A stretch of DNA of 64,000 nt from an uncultured Chloroflexia bacterium (GTDB lineage Bacteria; Chloroflexota; Limnocylindria; Limnocylindrales; CSP1-4): contig CAWEZH010000001.1 in the NCBI GenBank assembly GCA_963813535.1, positions 96,001-160,000 of the forward strand, in the 5' to 3' direction. This document shows positions 36,486 to 46,076 of the stretch, piece by piece. How positions within the stretch are numbered: the first letter of the stretch is position 1; every line of letters begins with the position of its first letter. The notes under the pieces were generated by a model. It worked only from the letters and a program-made list of their open reading frames with translations, did not search any database and was not told the origin of the DNA. A program made the position numbers and the translations under genes.

Positions 36486-37095
36486 GCCACCACGCTGCAG
36501 GGAAGATGCCCGCGGCCACGACCAGCTTGGCCGCGTCCCATAGCAGGAACTTGGTCATACCCCCGGCGACCGCCGCCTCCCACGGGATCCCCAGCGAGAC
36601 CTTCAGCCACGGGACGCCGATCGCGTAGATCACCGCGGTCCCGATGGCCATGGCCGCGAGCGACCCGCCGATGTGGCGGTCCCAGCCGAGCTCGGCCAGC
36701 CGGCCGACGATCGCGGCCGCCGCGACAAAACCGATCAGGTACCCGCCGGTCGCGCCGACGATCCGCGCGACCCCCGAGGTGCCCTCCGCGAAGACCGACA
36801 GCCCGAGCGCGCCGAGGGCGATGTACAGCAGGAGCGCGAGCGCCCCGCGCCGGAACCCGAGCGCCCCGCCGACGATCAGCACGCCGAAGGTCTGACCGGT
36901 GAACGGCACCGGTTGCATCGGGATGACGACCTGGGCCGACAGGGCGACCACCAGGGCACCGGCGACGATGAGGACGACGTGCCGCAGACGGGTGGGTGTG
37001 CGTTCGCCGACGCGGATCGGGACCAGGAAGTCGGCGAGCGTGAGACCGCGCTCGGCAGCGGTGCTCCGGTCGAGTCGCGGGATGGCGAGCGTCAA
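36457..37095 (-). CDS. bioY: Biotin transporter BioY
   Basis: PVPFTGQTFGV..VG..LG, G.TGGYLIGF, F...D..K. Confidence 0.92.
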   Translation of the reverse strand: MTLAIPRLDRSTAAERGLTLADFLVPIRVGERTPTRLRHVVLIVAGALVVALSAQVVIPMQPVPFTGQTFGVLIVGGALGFRRGALALLLYIALGALGLSVFAEGTSGVARIVGATGGYLIGFVAAAAIVGRLAELGWDRHIGGSLAAMAIGTAVIYAIGVPWLKVSLGIPWEAAVAGGMTKFLLWDAAKLVVAAGIFPAAWWLIGRRPEDR

Positions 37096-37179
37096 GAACG
37101 AGGCTCCGATAACGGTCGTCTGGGGGCGCGACCGAGCCGAGTCTAGCATCCCGATTCGTCCCGGCGGGACGGGCCCTGT

Positions 37180-39699
37180 CTACTCGAAGCCGACCGCCCG
37201 GACGATCGAGATGCCGCTCGCCAGCCGCGCCGGATAGGCAGCGGCGAGCATCGCGAGGGCGACGCCGAGCACGAACGCCACGGCGATGGGCAGCCATGCG
37301 ATCGCTGCCGTCGGATCGAGGCGGCCGCCCGACAACGCGACCATGAGCCCACCGACGACCACGCCCGTGACGACGCCGCAGATCGCGCCGGCCAGACCGG
37401 TGATGCCGGCCTCGACGACGACCGATCGCCACACCTGGCGGCGCGTCATCCCGGCAGCGCGCAACACCCCGATCTCGCGCACGCGCTCCAGGACGTTCAT
37501 GGTCAGCGTGTTGACGATGCCGAGCGACGCGACGATGACCGCGATCAGCGACAGGACGTCGAACAGCCCGAAGACCCGGTCGAGGGCCTCGCCGATGGCG
37601 CCCTGGATGCGGTCGAGCGGCACCGGCTCGAGCGCGAGCGCACGAGCCTCGTCGGCGAGTTGCGCACGATCGACCGCCGATGCGCTCGGCTCGAACCGGA
37701 CCGCGTAGGCGTCGGCACCGGCGACACCCAGGCGCTCGGCGTCGGCCCACCCGACCAGGATCGATTCGCCCGACCTCCCCGGCATCGTCCGCTCCGCCAC
37801 CCCGACGACCGTCAGCTCGAGCAACGAACCGTCCGCCGCCGCGACGGACAGCACAGACCCGGGCGCGAGCCCATCACGTGCGGCGATGCCGGCCGGCACG
37901 ATGGCCGAGCCACCGTCGTCGAGGGCCGCCAGCGCAGCGGGCCGGTCACCCGCGATCAGATGGAGCCGGCCGTCGGCATCGAGGTCCGCGCCATGCAGCA
38001 CGGCGCCGTCGACCCGCCGCCCCGCGACCGCCAGGTCGAAGGTCGCGACCGGGCTGACGGACCGGACCCCAGGCACGCCAGCGAGAGCCTCGTCGATGCC
38101 CTCGTCGAGTCCGCGCGGGAAGATCGAGGTGAGAACGAGGTCGCCCGGGACCACATCGGCGATCCATGCGCCTGCGGCGGCACGGGCGTGCTGCCCGACC
38201 CCGCCGAGCGCGACGATGAGTGCCAGCCCGATGGTGAGTGCCCCGACGGTCAATGCCGCCCGCGACCGATCCCGCAGGACCGATGCGCGGCCGAGCCGCT
38301 CCTCGAGACGAGCCAGCACCAGGAATGGCGTGCCGGCGACGCGGGCCAGGGCGGGCAACAGCAGGGGGACGATCAGCACGGCCGCGAGCAGGACGGCGTA
38401 CACGATGGATGCGCGAACGAGCGCTGCGTCGCCGGCGGTGCGCGGCCAGATGAGCGGGCCGACCACGCCGACTGCTACGAACACCGCGACCAACCAGCGC
38501 AGCCGCGCCCGTCGGGCGGATGGCAGGTCGAGCCTCGACCGCAGCGCCTCGACCGGTGCCACGTGGCCAGCCCGGCGAGCGGGCTCGACGGCAGCCGCGA
38601 GGGTCACCCCGACGCCGACCACGAGCGCCCCGACGGCGTCGCCGACGTGAACGACGGGTGCCCCGAGCGGCACGGCTCCGACGGGGCCGATCCACGCGGC
38701 GATCGCCGCGGCGGCGGCACCGCCCGCGACGATGCCCATGGCCGACCCGATGACGCCGATGACGGCGGCTTGCATGAGGATGTAGGTGGTCAACTGCCGA
38801 CGCGTGGCGCCGGCCGCGCGGAGCAGTCCCAGCTCGCGCAGGCGTTCGACGACGGTCATCGAGAGCGTGTTGAAGATGAGGAAGGCGCCGGCGAACAACG
38901 CGATCGCGGCGATGAGAGCCGTCGTCGCCGCGAAGTCGCCCGTCGCAGCCTGCGTGGCCGCCGCGATGTCCCGCGGCGAGGAGACGAGGTACGGCTCGTT
39001 GAGCAATCGCGTCTGGAGCGAGTCGACGACCGCGACCGGATCCACGCCGGCCGCCAGGTCGAGGTCGACGCGCGTGACGCCATCGGAGCCGAACACGGCC
39101 TGCGCGACGGACAGCTGCGTCACGACGGTTCGGCCCGATGGGCCGCCCCATGGCCCGTCCGCGGCCAGGATGCCGCCGACCCGGAGATACACCGGCTCGT
39201 CCACCCCCTGGAGGCCGATGCGCGACCCGACGGACAGATCATCCTGTCGAGCGAGCGTCGCGCTGATGATGGCGGTCCGGTCCTCGTCTGACGACAGGGC
39301 GGTGCCGGCGGCAAGGGACAGGTCGTGGACGCGCGGCTCGCGCTCCGGATCGATCCCGACGAGCGTCACCGGTGCGGGCAGCGGCCCGGGTCCGAAGGTC
39401 TCCGTACCCAGGTACGTCCTCCGTTCGAACGACGGGGCCGCGACATAGACGCCCGGCGTGCCGTCGATCAGGGCGAGGGTCGCTGACGAGAGCCCGCTCT
39501 CATCGATCGACCCGACACGCAGCTCCGCGCCGCCGACGAGGGTCGTGACCGCACGGTCCACGGCGGCGCCGATGCCGGCGTTCGTCGCCAGGCCCGCATA
39601 CAGGACCGCGACGCCAAGGGCCACGCCGATGGTGGTCAGGGCCGTGCGTACCGGACGAGCCCGCAGGCCGCGCCATGCCAGTCCGTGCAGACCGCGCAT
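37180..39699 (-). CDS. FtsX/MacB-like ABC permease (double)
   Basis: RT.LT.IGVALGV; two IxNTLxMxVxERxRExGxLRAxG motifs. Confidence 0.92.
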   Translation of the reverse strand: MRGLHGLAWRGLRARPVRTALTTIGVALGVAVLYAGLATNAGIGAAVDRAVTTLVGGAELRVGSIDESGLSSATLALIDGTPGVYVAAPSFERRTYLGTETFGPGPLPAPVTLVGIDPEREPRVHDLSLAAGTALSSDEDRTAIISATLARQDDLSVGSRIGLQGVDEPVYLRVGGILAADGPWGGPSGRTVVTQLSVAQAVFGSDGVTRVDLDLAAGVDPVAVVDSLQTRLLNEPYLVSSPRDIAAATQAATGDFAATTALIAAIALFAGAFLIFNTLSMTVVERLRELGLLRAAGATRRQLTTYILMQAAVIGVIGSAMGIVAGGAAAAAIAAWIGPVGAVPLGAPVVHVGDAVGALVVGVGVTLAAAVEPARRAGHVAPVEALRSRLDLPSARRARLRWLVAVFVAVGVVGPLIWPRTAGDAALVRASIVYAVLLAAVLIVPLLLPALARVAGTPFLVLARLEERLGRASVLRDRSRAALTVGALTIGLALIVALGGVGQHARAAAGAWIADVVPGDLVLTSIFPRGLDEGIDEALAGVPGVRSVSPVATFDLAVAGRRVDGAVLHGADLDADGRLHLIAGDRPAALAALDDGGSAIVPAGIAARDGLAPGSVLSVAAADGSLLELTVVGVAERTMPGRSGESILVGWADAERLGVAGADAYAVRFEPSASAVDRAQLADEARALALEPVPLDRIQGAIGEALDRVFGLFDVLSLIAVIVASLGIVNTLTMNVLERVREIGVLRAAGMTRRQVWRSVVVEAGITGLAGAICGVVTGVVVGGLMVALSGGRLDPTAAIAWLPIAVAFVLGVALAMLAAAYPARLASGISIVRAVGFE

Positions 39700-39704
39700 C
39701 GACG

Positions 39705-40619
39705 TCAGAGACCGAGGCTGGCCAGCCGCGCGATCAGGGTGGTCGCGTCGTGGTCGGCGCGACGGCCGAGTTCGATCGTGTCGAGGATGCTGCCATCGCC
39801 GATGACGTGCACCCGGTCGGCATAGGCCGCGGCCTTGGAGTCGTGGGTGACGAGCACGATCGTCTGGTGCCGCTCCTGGCATGACCGCCAGAGCACCTCG
39901 AGGATCTCGGTGCCGGTCGTGTAGTCGAGATTGCCCGTCGGCTCATCCGCGAACAACAGGGCGGGGCTCGTCACGAGCGCGCGGGCGACGGCGACCCGCT
40001 GCTGCTCGCCGGCGGACAGCTGGTCGGGCTTGTGGTGCTCCTTGCCGGTCAGATCGACCGAGCCGATCACCTCGCGGATCCGCTCGGCGAGCTCACCCCG
40101 GGACGGGTCGAGCCCGGCGATCGTGAAGGGCAGTCCGACGTTCTCGACGACGTCCAGCAGCGGGATGAGGTTGAACGATTGGAAGACGAACCCGGTCCGG
40201 TCACGACGCAAGCGCGTGGCCCGATCATCCGACAGCTCGCTGACGAGCTCGCCTTCGAGGACCACCTCACCGCTCGTGGGGCGATCGAGGCCGCCGAGCA
40301 GCTGGAGGAGCGTGCTCTTGCCGCTGCCCGACGGGCCCATGAGTGCGACGAACTCGCCTGCCCCGACCCGCAGCGACACCCCGCGGAGTGCCTGGACGGT
40401 CGTCTCCCCGAGCGGATATTCCTTGGTCAGCTCGCGGGCCTCGAGGATGATCCCGTCGCGGCTGCCGTTGTCGGGCGCGTCGAGGAGGCGAGAAAGGAGC
40501 GCGGTCATGCGTGGCCTCTGGCGGTCGGGTGGGGTCCGGTGCGCACCGTAGCGGTGCGGTGCGGAACGCGGCTCCCGCTCGATGGTCCGCCCGTCGCTAG
40601 TACCCGACGGCGCGGTCAT
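39705..40619 (-). CDS. ABC ATP-binding protein (LolD/MacB type)
   Basis: [41 protein letters not shown]. Confidence 0.95.
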   Translation of the reverse strand: MTAPSGTSDGRTIEREPRSAPHRYGAHRTPPDRQRPRMTALLSRLLDAPDNGSRDGIILEARELTKEYPLGETTVQALRGVSLRVGAGEFVALMGPSGSGKSTLLQLLGGLDRPTSGEVVLEGELVSELSDDRATRLRRDRTGFVFQSFNLIPLLDVVENVGLPFTIAGLDPSRGELAERIREVIGSVDLTGKEHHKPDQLSAGEQQRVAVARALVTSPALLFADEPTGNLDYTTGTEILEVLWRSCQERHQTIVLVTHDSKAAAYADRVHVIGDGSILDTIELGRRADHDATTLIARLASLGL

Positions 40620-41452
40620 GCGCCGAAGAAGAGGCCGGTCACGCCGGCCACGATCGAGCCCAGGAGGTCGCCCTCGTCAGCAGTGGCGACGACCCGAAGC
40701 CCGGTATCGGTCGTCGCGCGGGAGGAGGGCTGGACGGCATCGGCGACAGCAGGGCTTGGCAGTCTGGCCAGCGGCGGGGTCGGCAGCGGGCTGGGCGTCG
40801 GGATCGGTGTCGGTGCGGCAGTGGGCTTGGGCGTGGGCTTCGGGGTCGGACGAGGCGTCGGCTTGACCGTCGGCTTCGGCTTCGCGACGGTCGACTTGGG
40901 CTTGGGGGTGGCCTTCGACGCAGTCCCGCCGCACTTGTCGGCGAAGAGCACCGTCCACAGCTTCTTGCCGTCGGCGCCCTTGTACGCGCCGACACCGATG
41001 ACCTCCCAGTCCCGCTCGAGGATGTTGCGGCGATGGCCCGACGAGTCCATGAACATGCCGTGGATCGCGGCGGTGGCCTCGTCGTCCGGGTACGTGTTCC
41101 AGCCGATGTTCTCGCCGGCGACCTTGTAGCAATAGCCCTTCGCGTCCATCCGCTTGAAGACGTTGCCGTAGCCCGGGACGTCGTGGCTGAAGTAGTCGCG
41201 GACGCTCATGTCCTTGCTCCGCCAGCGGGCGATCGACGTGAGGGCGCCGTCGACCCGTAGCGAGCGGCGGCCGGCGGACGCGCGGCTGCGGTTGGTCAGG
41301 GCGACGAGCTGCCGCTCCGAGGCCGAGCTGTACGCCCCGTCATCCCATGCGCGGGCGGGGTGTGGCTGGGCCAGCCCGATGATCGAACCGACCGCCAGGA
41401 GCACGGCAAGACCGATCGGCAGGCGGGGGAATCGACGGCGCTGGGAGCTCAT
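40616..41452 (-). CDS. CAP (SCP) domain secreted protein with a Pro/Thr/Lys linker
   Basis: Signal peptide, LTN..RA, YFSH, AGENI, MDSSGHRRNIL, IGVG. Start is uncertain (41452 or 41512). Confidence 0.9.
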   Translation of the reverse strand: MSSQRRRFPRLPIGLAVLLAVGSIIGLAQPHPARAWDDGAYSSASERQLVALTNRSRASAGRRSLRVDGALTSIARWRSKDMSVRDYFSHDVPGYGNVFKRMDAKGYCYKVAGENIGWNTYPDDEATAAIHGMFMDSSGHRRNILERDWEVIGVGAYKGADGKKLWTVLFADKCGGTASKATPKPKSTVAKPKPTVKPTPRPTPKPTPKPTAAPTPIPTPSPLPTPPLARLPSPAVADAVQPSSRATTDTGLRVVATADEGDLLGSIVAGVTGLFFGA

Positions 41453-41549
41453 CGGCGGTGGCGATCTCTGCGCGGCGTGGGGAAGCGACGGGTGCTCGGG
41501 TGAGGTCCTCACCGTAGGGAGCGGGTCCGGTCGGGTCTGCCGTGCGAAG

Positions 41550-41640
41550 GTCCCATCGCGTCCGACGCGGGTACCGGCCGGTCCAGGGCGGTCCGATGCG
41601 GTCCGGTGGGGTCGGGTGGCGTCCGGTGCAGTCCGACTCG
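41550..41640 (-). repeat. Helically phased array of about 10-bp degenerate repeats (minus-strand consensus approximately GCACCGGAC)
   Basis: Plus-strand GTCC/GTCG at 41550, 41560, 41581, 41591, 41601, 41611, 41621 and 41631. Confidence 0.75.
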
Positions 41641-41665
41641 CCGGCCGACGACCGACAGCGCCTCG

Positions 41666-41830
41666 CTAGGCGGCTGTCGACCCGAGCCAGGCGACGAACA
41701 GGAGCATGATCACGGTGCCGACGGCGAGCACGCCGATCAGATAGGCCCAATGAGCACGGACGTGCACGGCCTCGAGATGTTCCTTGTGCACGCGCTCCTC
41801 GTCGACGTGCCGATCGGGCCATCCGCTCAT
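41666..41830 (-). CDS. 54-aa His-rich single-TM protein
   Basis: MSGWPDRHVDEERVHKEHLEAVHVRAHWAYLIGVLAVGTVIMLLFVAWLGSTAA; ATGA-coupled to the upstream gene. Confidence 0.65.
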   Translation of the reverse strand: MSGWPDRHVDEERVHKEHLEAVHVRAHWAYLIGVLAVGTVIMLLFVAWLGSTAA

Positions 41831-42186
41831 CGGTCGGCCAGCTTCGCTTCGAGATCGTCCACCTTCGCCTCGATGCGGCGCAGCGCCGCCTCCGTGTCGT
41901 AGTCGGTGTCCGGCGACTCGTGGCTCTTGCGATGGACCAGGAAGGTGGTCAGCACGATGAACACGAAGACCTGCAGGAACTCGGACTGCCAGTTTTCGAA
42001 GGTCGCCTGGGCCCAACTCCAGACGTAGCCGTCATCGCCGAACGCCGTGGCCGCCTGACCGTGCGACACCTGGTTCGCCACGAACTCCACCCAGCCGGTC
42101 CATGTCTGGAGCGCCCATGCGGCGAGGAACATCACGGCGAGCGTGATGCTGAGCCCGTAGTCGCTCCAGAGGCGCCTGATCGTCAT
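41827..42186 (-). CDS. DUF6766-like small membrane protein
   Basis: YGLS...TFENWQSEFLQ...SHES motif. Confidence 0.8.
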   Translation of the reverse strand: MTIRRLWSDYGLSITLAVMFLAAWALQTWTGWVEFVANQVSHGQAATAFGDDGYVWSWAQATFENWQSEFLQVFVFIVLTTFLVHRKSHESPDTDYDTEAALRRIEAKVDDLEAKLADR

Positions 42187-42295
42187 GCTGGTCACGGAAT
42201 CTGCCGCGGCCGGATGTCGCACGACGCTGCGCGGAGCTCCCGAGTCGTTGCGTCCTCGTCCCAACCGTGGGCCCGGGCGTGGCAGACTCCAGATC

Positions 42296-43000
42296 ATGTC
42301 GATAGCCGACCGCGTCGTCCTCATCACCGGAGCCACCGGGGGGCTGGGCCGCGCCGCCGCACGGTCGTTCGGCGCGGACGGTGCACGGCTGGCCCTGGCC
42401 GGCACGGATGAGCCACGCCTGCGCGACATCGCCAGCGAGGCTGGCCTGAGCGAGGACGGCTGGACACCGCTCGTCGCCGACCTGAGCGATCGCGACGCGG
42501 CGCGTGCGGCCCTCGCGGCGGCCGAGACCCGGCTCGGCGGGTTCGACATCCTCCTGCACCTGGTCGGCGGCTTTGCCGGAGGCACGCCCATCGCTGACCT
42601 GGATCCGAACGAGATGGCCGGCATGCTCGACCAGCATCTCTGGACGACGTTCAACGTCACGCAGACGGTCGTCCCGGGCATGATCGAACGGGGCTGGGGG
42701 CGCGTCCTTGCCGTCTTGGCACCGGTGGCCGCGGAGCCGACCGCGAAGATGGCCTCCTACGCGGTGGGCAAGGCCGCCGAGGAGGCGCTCCTGCGAGCGC
42801 TGGCCCGCGAGACCGCGAATAGCGGCGTCACCGTCAACCTCGTCATCGTCAAAGCCATCGACCTCGAGGGCGTCCGCCTGACCGACCCGAAGAAGTCGTC
42901 GTGGACGACGCCCGACGAGATCATCGCGACGTTTCGTTTCCTGGCGTCCGACGACGCAGCGGCGATCACGGGGGCGCGGATCCCGCTGTACGGCCGCTAG
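42296..43000 (+). CDS. Short-chain dehydrogenase/reductase
   Basis: ITGATGGLG, YAVGK (YxxxK), ITGARIP. Confidence 0.92.
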   Translation: MSIADRVVLITGATGGLGRAAARSFGADGARLALAGTDEPRLRDIASEAGLSEDGWTPLVADLSDRDAARAALAAAETRLGGFDILLHLVGGFAGGTPIADLDPNEMAGMLDQHLWTTFNVTQTVVPGMIERGWGRVLAVLAPVAAEPTAKMASYAVGKAAEEALLRALARETANSGVTVNLVIVKAIDLEGVRLTDPKKSSWTTPDEIIATFRFLASDDAAAITGARIPLYGR

Positions 43001-43017
43001 TCTGGCGTGCGGGGGCG

Positions 43018-44676
43018 TCAGCCGCGCGAGGTCACCTCGGCGACGAGCGACTGCGCCTCGGCGAGCAGCCGATCGAGATGGCCGTCCCCCCGAAAGCTCT
43101 CGGCATAGACCTTGGCGACGTCCTCGGTCCCGGACGGGCGGGCGGCGAACCATCCCGCATCGGTGGTCACCTTGAGTCCGCCGATGGGTGCGCCGTTGCC
43201 GGGCGCCTCGGTGAGGATGGCGGTGATCGGGTCGCCCGCAAGGTCGGTGGCGACGATGTCGGATGCGGCCAGCCGCCCGAGCGCGGCCTTCTGCTCCGGG
43301 GTCGCGGGCGTATCGACCCGGCGATAGGCCGGGGCGCCGAACCGCTCGGTCAGCTCCGCGTAGGCCTCTCCCGGGTCCTTTCCGGAGCGAGCCGTCAGCT
43401 CGCACGCGAGGAGGTCGGCGATGATGCCGTCCTTGTCGGTCGTCCAGACCGTGCCGTCACGGCGCAGGAACGAGGCCCCGGCGCTCTCCTCGCCGCCGAA
43501 CCCGATCGAGCCGTCGACGAGCCCGTCCACGAACCACTTGAACCCGACCGGGACCTCGACCAGCCGGCGACCGAGGTCGGCCACGACTCGGTCGATCATC
43601 GATGACGACACCAGCGTCTTGCCGACGCCGACATCGCTCCCCCACCCGCGTCCACCGCCGAACAGGTAGGCGATGGCGACAGACAGGACATGATTCGGGT
43701 TCAGCAGTCCGCTTCCCGGCGTCACGACACCGTGCCGGTCGGCGTCGGCGTCGTTGCCGAGCGCGATGTCGAAGCGGTCGCGTACCTCGACCAATCGCGC
43801 CATCGCGTACGGCGACGAGGGATCCATCCGGATCTTGCCGTCCCAGTCGACGGTCATGAACCCGAACCGCGGATCGACGGTGTCATTGGTGATCGTGAGA
43901 TCGAGCCCATAGCGGTCACGGATCGCCGCCCAGTACGCGACCGACGCACCGCCCATCGGGTCGACCCCGATCCGGAGCCCCGACCCCCGGATCGCGTCCA
44001 TGTCGATGACCGAGGTCAGGTCGTCGACATATCTGCCCAGGAAGTCGTACCGCGCGACGCGCTCGTCGACCTCGAGGTCGGAGGCGCGCGGGATGCCGTC
44101 CACCCCATCGGATCCCGTCGCGGCCAGGATCCCGTTGGCCTCGTCCTGGATCCAGCGCGTGACGTCGGTGTCGGCCGGGCCGCCGTTCGGCGGGTTGTAT
44201 TTGAAGCCCCCGTCGTCGGGCGGGTTGTGCGACGGCGTCACAACGATCCCGTCGGCGAGATGACGCCAGCTGTCCTTCGGCCGGTTGGCGACGAGGATGG
44301 CGTGCGAAACGGCCGGCGTGGGCGTGAAGCCGTCGGCCCCGTCGACGCGGACGTCCACGCGACGAGCGACGAGAACGCTCAACGCAGTGCGGGTGGCTGG
44401 CTCGGACAGCGCGTGCGTGTCGCGACCGAGAAAGAGCGAGCCGCTGTAGCCGCGCTGCAGCCGATAGCGGTGGATCGCCTCGGTCGTCGCGATGATGTGA
44501 GCCTCGTTGAACGCATTGCGGAACGACGAGCCGCGGTGGCCGGACGTCCCGAATGCCACCCGCTGGGCGGGATCGGCCGGGTCTGGCCGACCATCGTGAT
44601 AGGCCGCGATCAACGCATCGACATCGACGAGGGTCTCCGGATCCGCGGGCGTACCCGCGCGTTCGCTCAGCACCAC
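43018..44676 (-). CDS. pgm: Phosphoglucomutase
   Basis: FGTSGHRG, TPSHNPP, DADADRH, GFKWFV, GGEESAGAS, RPSGTE. Confidence 0.96.
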   Translation of the reverse strand: MVLSERAGTPADPETLVDVDALIAAYHDGRPDPADPAQRVAFGTSGHRGSSFRNAFNEAHIIATTEAIHRYRLQRGYSGSLFLGRDTHALSEPATRTALSVLVARRVDVRVDGADGFTPTPAVSHAILVANRPKDSWRHLADGIVVTPSHNPPDDGGFKYNPPNGGPADTDVTRWIQDEANGILAATGSDGVDGIPRASDLEVDERVARYDFLGRYVDDLTSVIDMDAIRGSGLRIGVDPMGGASVAYWAAIRDRYGLDLTITNDTVDPRFGFMTVDWDGKIRMDPSSPYAMARLVEVRDRFDIALGNDADADRHGVVTPGSGLLNPNHVLSVAIAYLFGGGRGWGSDVGVGKTLVSSSMIDRVVADLGRRLVEVPVGFKWFVDGLVDGSIGFGGEESAGASFLRRDGTVWTTDKDGIIADLLACELTARSGKDPGEAYAELTERFGAPAYRRVDTPATPEQKAALGRLAASDIVATDLAGDPITAILTEAPGNGAPIGGLKVTTDAGWFAARPSGTEDVAKVYAESFRGDGHLDRLLAEAQSLVAEVTSRG

Positions 44677-44758
44677 CCCGGCATGATGTCACGGCTCACG
44701 CTGCGGGCGGGTGGTTCCCATCCGCACCACCCCGCACGCCACCGGACCCCCCCGGGTG

Positions 44759-44787
44759 TTGCCAAAACCCGCATCGGCTAGTACGGT
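44759..44787 (+). promoter_or_regulatory. Sigma70-type promoter
   Basis: TTGCCA-N17-TACGGT upstream of ATG 44812. Confidence 0.6.
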
Positions 44788-44811
44788 CGGGGGCCCTACG
44801 GAGCAGGACGA

Positions 44812-45930
44812 ATGGACCGAAAAGACGATCGCACCTTCTCGGAAGCGGGTCACCTCAACGGCACGTCGATGATCGGGACGACCGATTCCACGGCTGCGGC
44901 CGACATCGATCCGCCTGCCGCCGAGCCCCCGACCGACGGCGCCGCAGTCGGTCTTCGACCGGGTTTCCTGGCAGAGCTGGCCGTCGCGATGCGGGCGACC
45001 GCAGAGAAGGAACGTGAGCGCATCTCGGCCCAGGTGTCCGAGGACGCATCGGGTCACATCGAGAAGGTCCGGGCACGGGCCGCCATCGAGACCGACGAGC
45101 TCAAGCGGCTGGCCGAGGAAGATGTCCAGCACATCGAGGAGTGGTCGGCGGCCGAGATGGAGCGCATCCGCGGGGAGGCGGACAAGAAGATCGAGGATCG
45201 GCGTGGCAGCCTCGGGGAGTACCTCAAGCAGCACGACTCGATCATCGACACCGAGATCGACGGCGTGAACGCCGCGGTCCGGGACTACGGCACCACGCTC
45301 GACCAGTTCTTCGCGGAGCTGTCGGAAGCAGACGACCCGGCGACCATCGTCCAGCGCGCCGAGGCCCTGCCGGCGGCGCCGGACCTCGACCAGGTCCGCG
45401 CCCAGGCCCGCGCTTCAGCCGTCGCGGTGTTCGCCGACCAGGAGGATGAGGCTGCGGCTAGCGAGGCCGCGTCCGAGCCGATCGCCGCCGACACGACCGA
45501 TGCAGCGGGCATCGCCGGGGGTGTCGCGACGACAGCTTCGGGCGAGACTGCTACGGCCGTGGCGGACCAGGCGGATGAGATCAGTAACGATGCCTCCGCC
45601 GAGGCTCGAGCCGAGACCACCGGCGACGCAGCGACCTCCGAAGCCCTGACCGCCGACCCCACGGCCGAGGCTCGAGCCGAGACCACCGGCGACGCAGCGA
45701 CCTCCGAAGCCCTGACCGCCGACGCCACGGCCGAGGCCACCGCGGTCCCGGTCATGGACCCCGACGCCACGGCGAACCCGAGCTGGCCATCGGCGCCGGA
45801 CGATGCCGAGCCAGTGGAAGTGGCGGCGAGCGCCGACCATACGAGCGCAGCGGTCCGACTGCTCCGGTCGGTCGCGCCGTGGACCGCTCCGACCCACGCC
45901 GGATCTGACGACCGCACCGACGCCCACTGA
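44812..45930 (+). CDS. Acidic protein with a coiled coil and a low-complexity tail
   Basis: 372 aa; GGAG SD; E/R/K-rich helix followed by an A/D/E/T-rich region. Confidence 0.8.
   Translation: MDRKDDRTFSEAGHLNGTSMIGTTDSTAAADIDPPAAEPPTDGAAVGLRPGFLAELAVAMRATAEKERERISAQVSEDASGHIEKVRARAAIETDELKRLAEEDVQHIEEWSAAEMERIRGEADKKIEDRRGSLGEYLKQHDSIIDTEIDGVNAAVRDYGTTLDQFFAELSEADDPATIVQRAEALPAAPDLDQVRAQARASAVAVFADQEDEAAASEAASEPIAADTTDAAGIAGGVATTASGETATAVADQADEISNDASAEARAETTGDAATSEALTADPTAEARAETTGDAATSEALTADATAEATAVPVMDPDATANPSWPSAPDDAEPVEVAASADHTSAAVRLLRSVAPWTAPTHAGSDDRTDAH
45598..45737 (+). repeat. In-frame 66-bp tandem duplication (two copies plus a partial)
   Basis: AEARAETTGDAATSEALTAD(P/A)T twice; the units differ at one base. 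Confidence 0.92.
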
Positions 45931-45968
45931 CCGAGGCGGCATTTGGCCGCCGACACCATCGACGCATC

Positions 45969-46000
45969 ACGGCCGTGCCCGACGGGCACGGCCGTTGTTT
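45969..46000 (+). terminator. Intrinsic terminator
   Basis: ACGGCCGTGCCC-gac-GGGCACGGCCGT followed by TGTTT. Confidence 0.8.
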
Positions 46001-46076
46001 AGGCCTGCCGAGACGCCGCGGGGCTACGCTCATCCGGCCGGGCGGCTGACCGTCACTCGTCCGCTGCACACCACAC

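Noticed and set aside
41550-45737. Repeats as a CRISPR array
   Set aside because: The units are 10-bp degenerate or in-frame 66-bp tandem copies without spacers; no cas genes.
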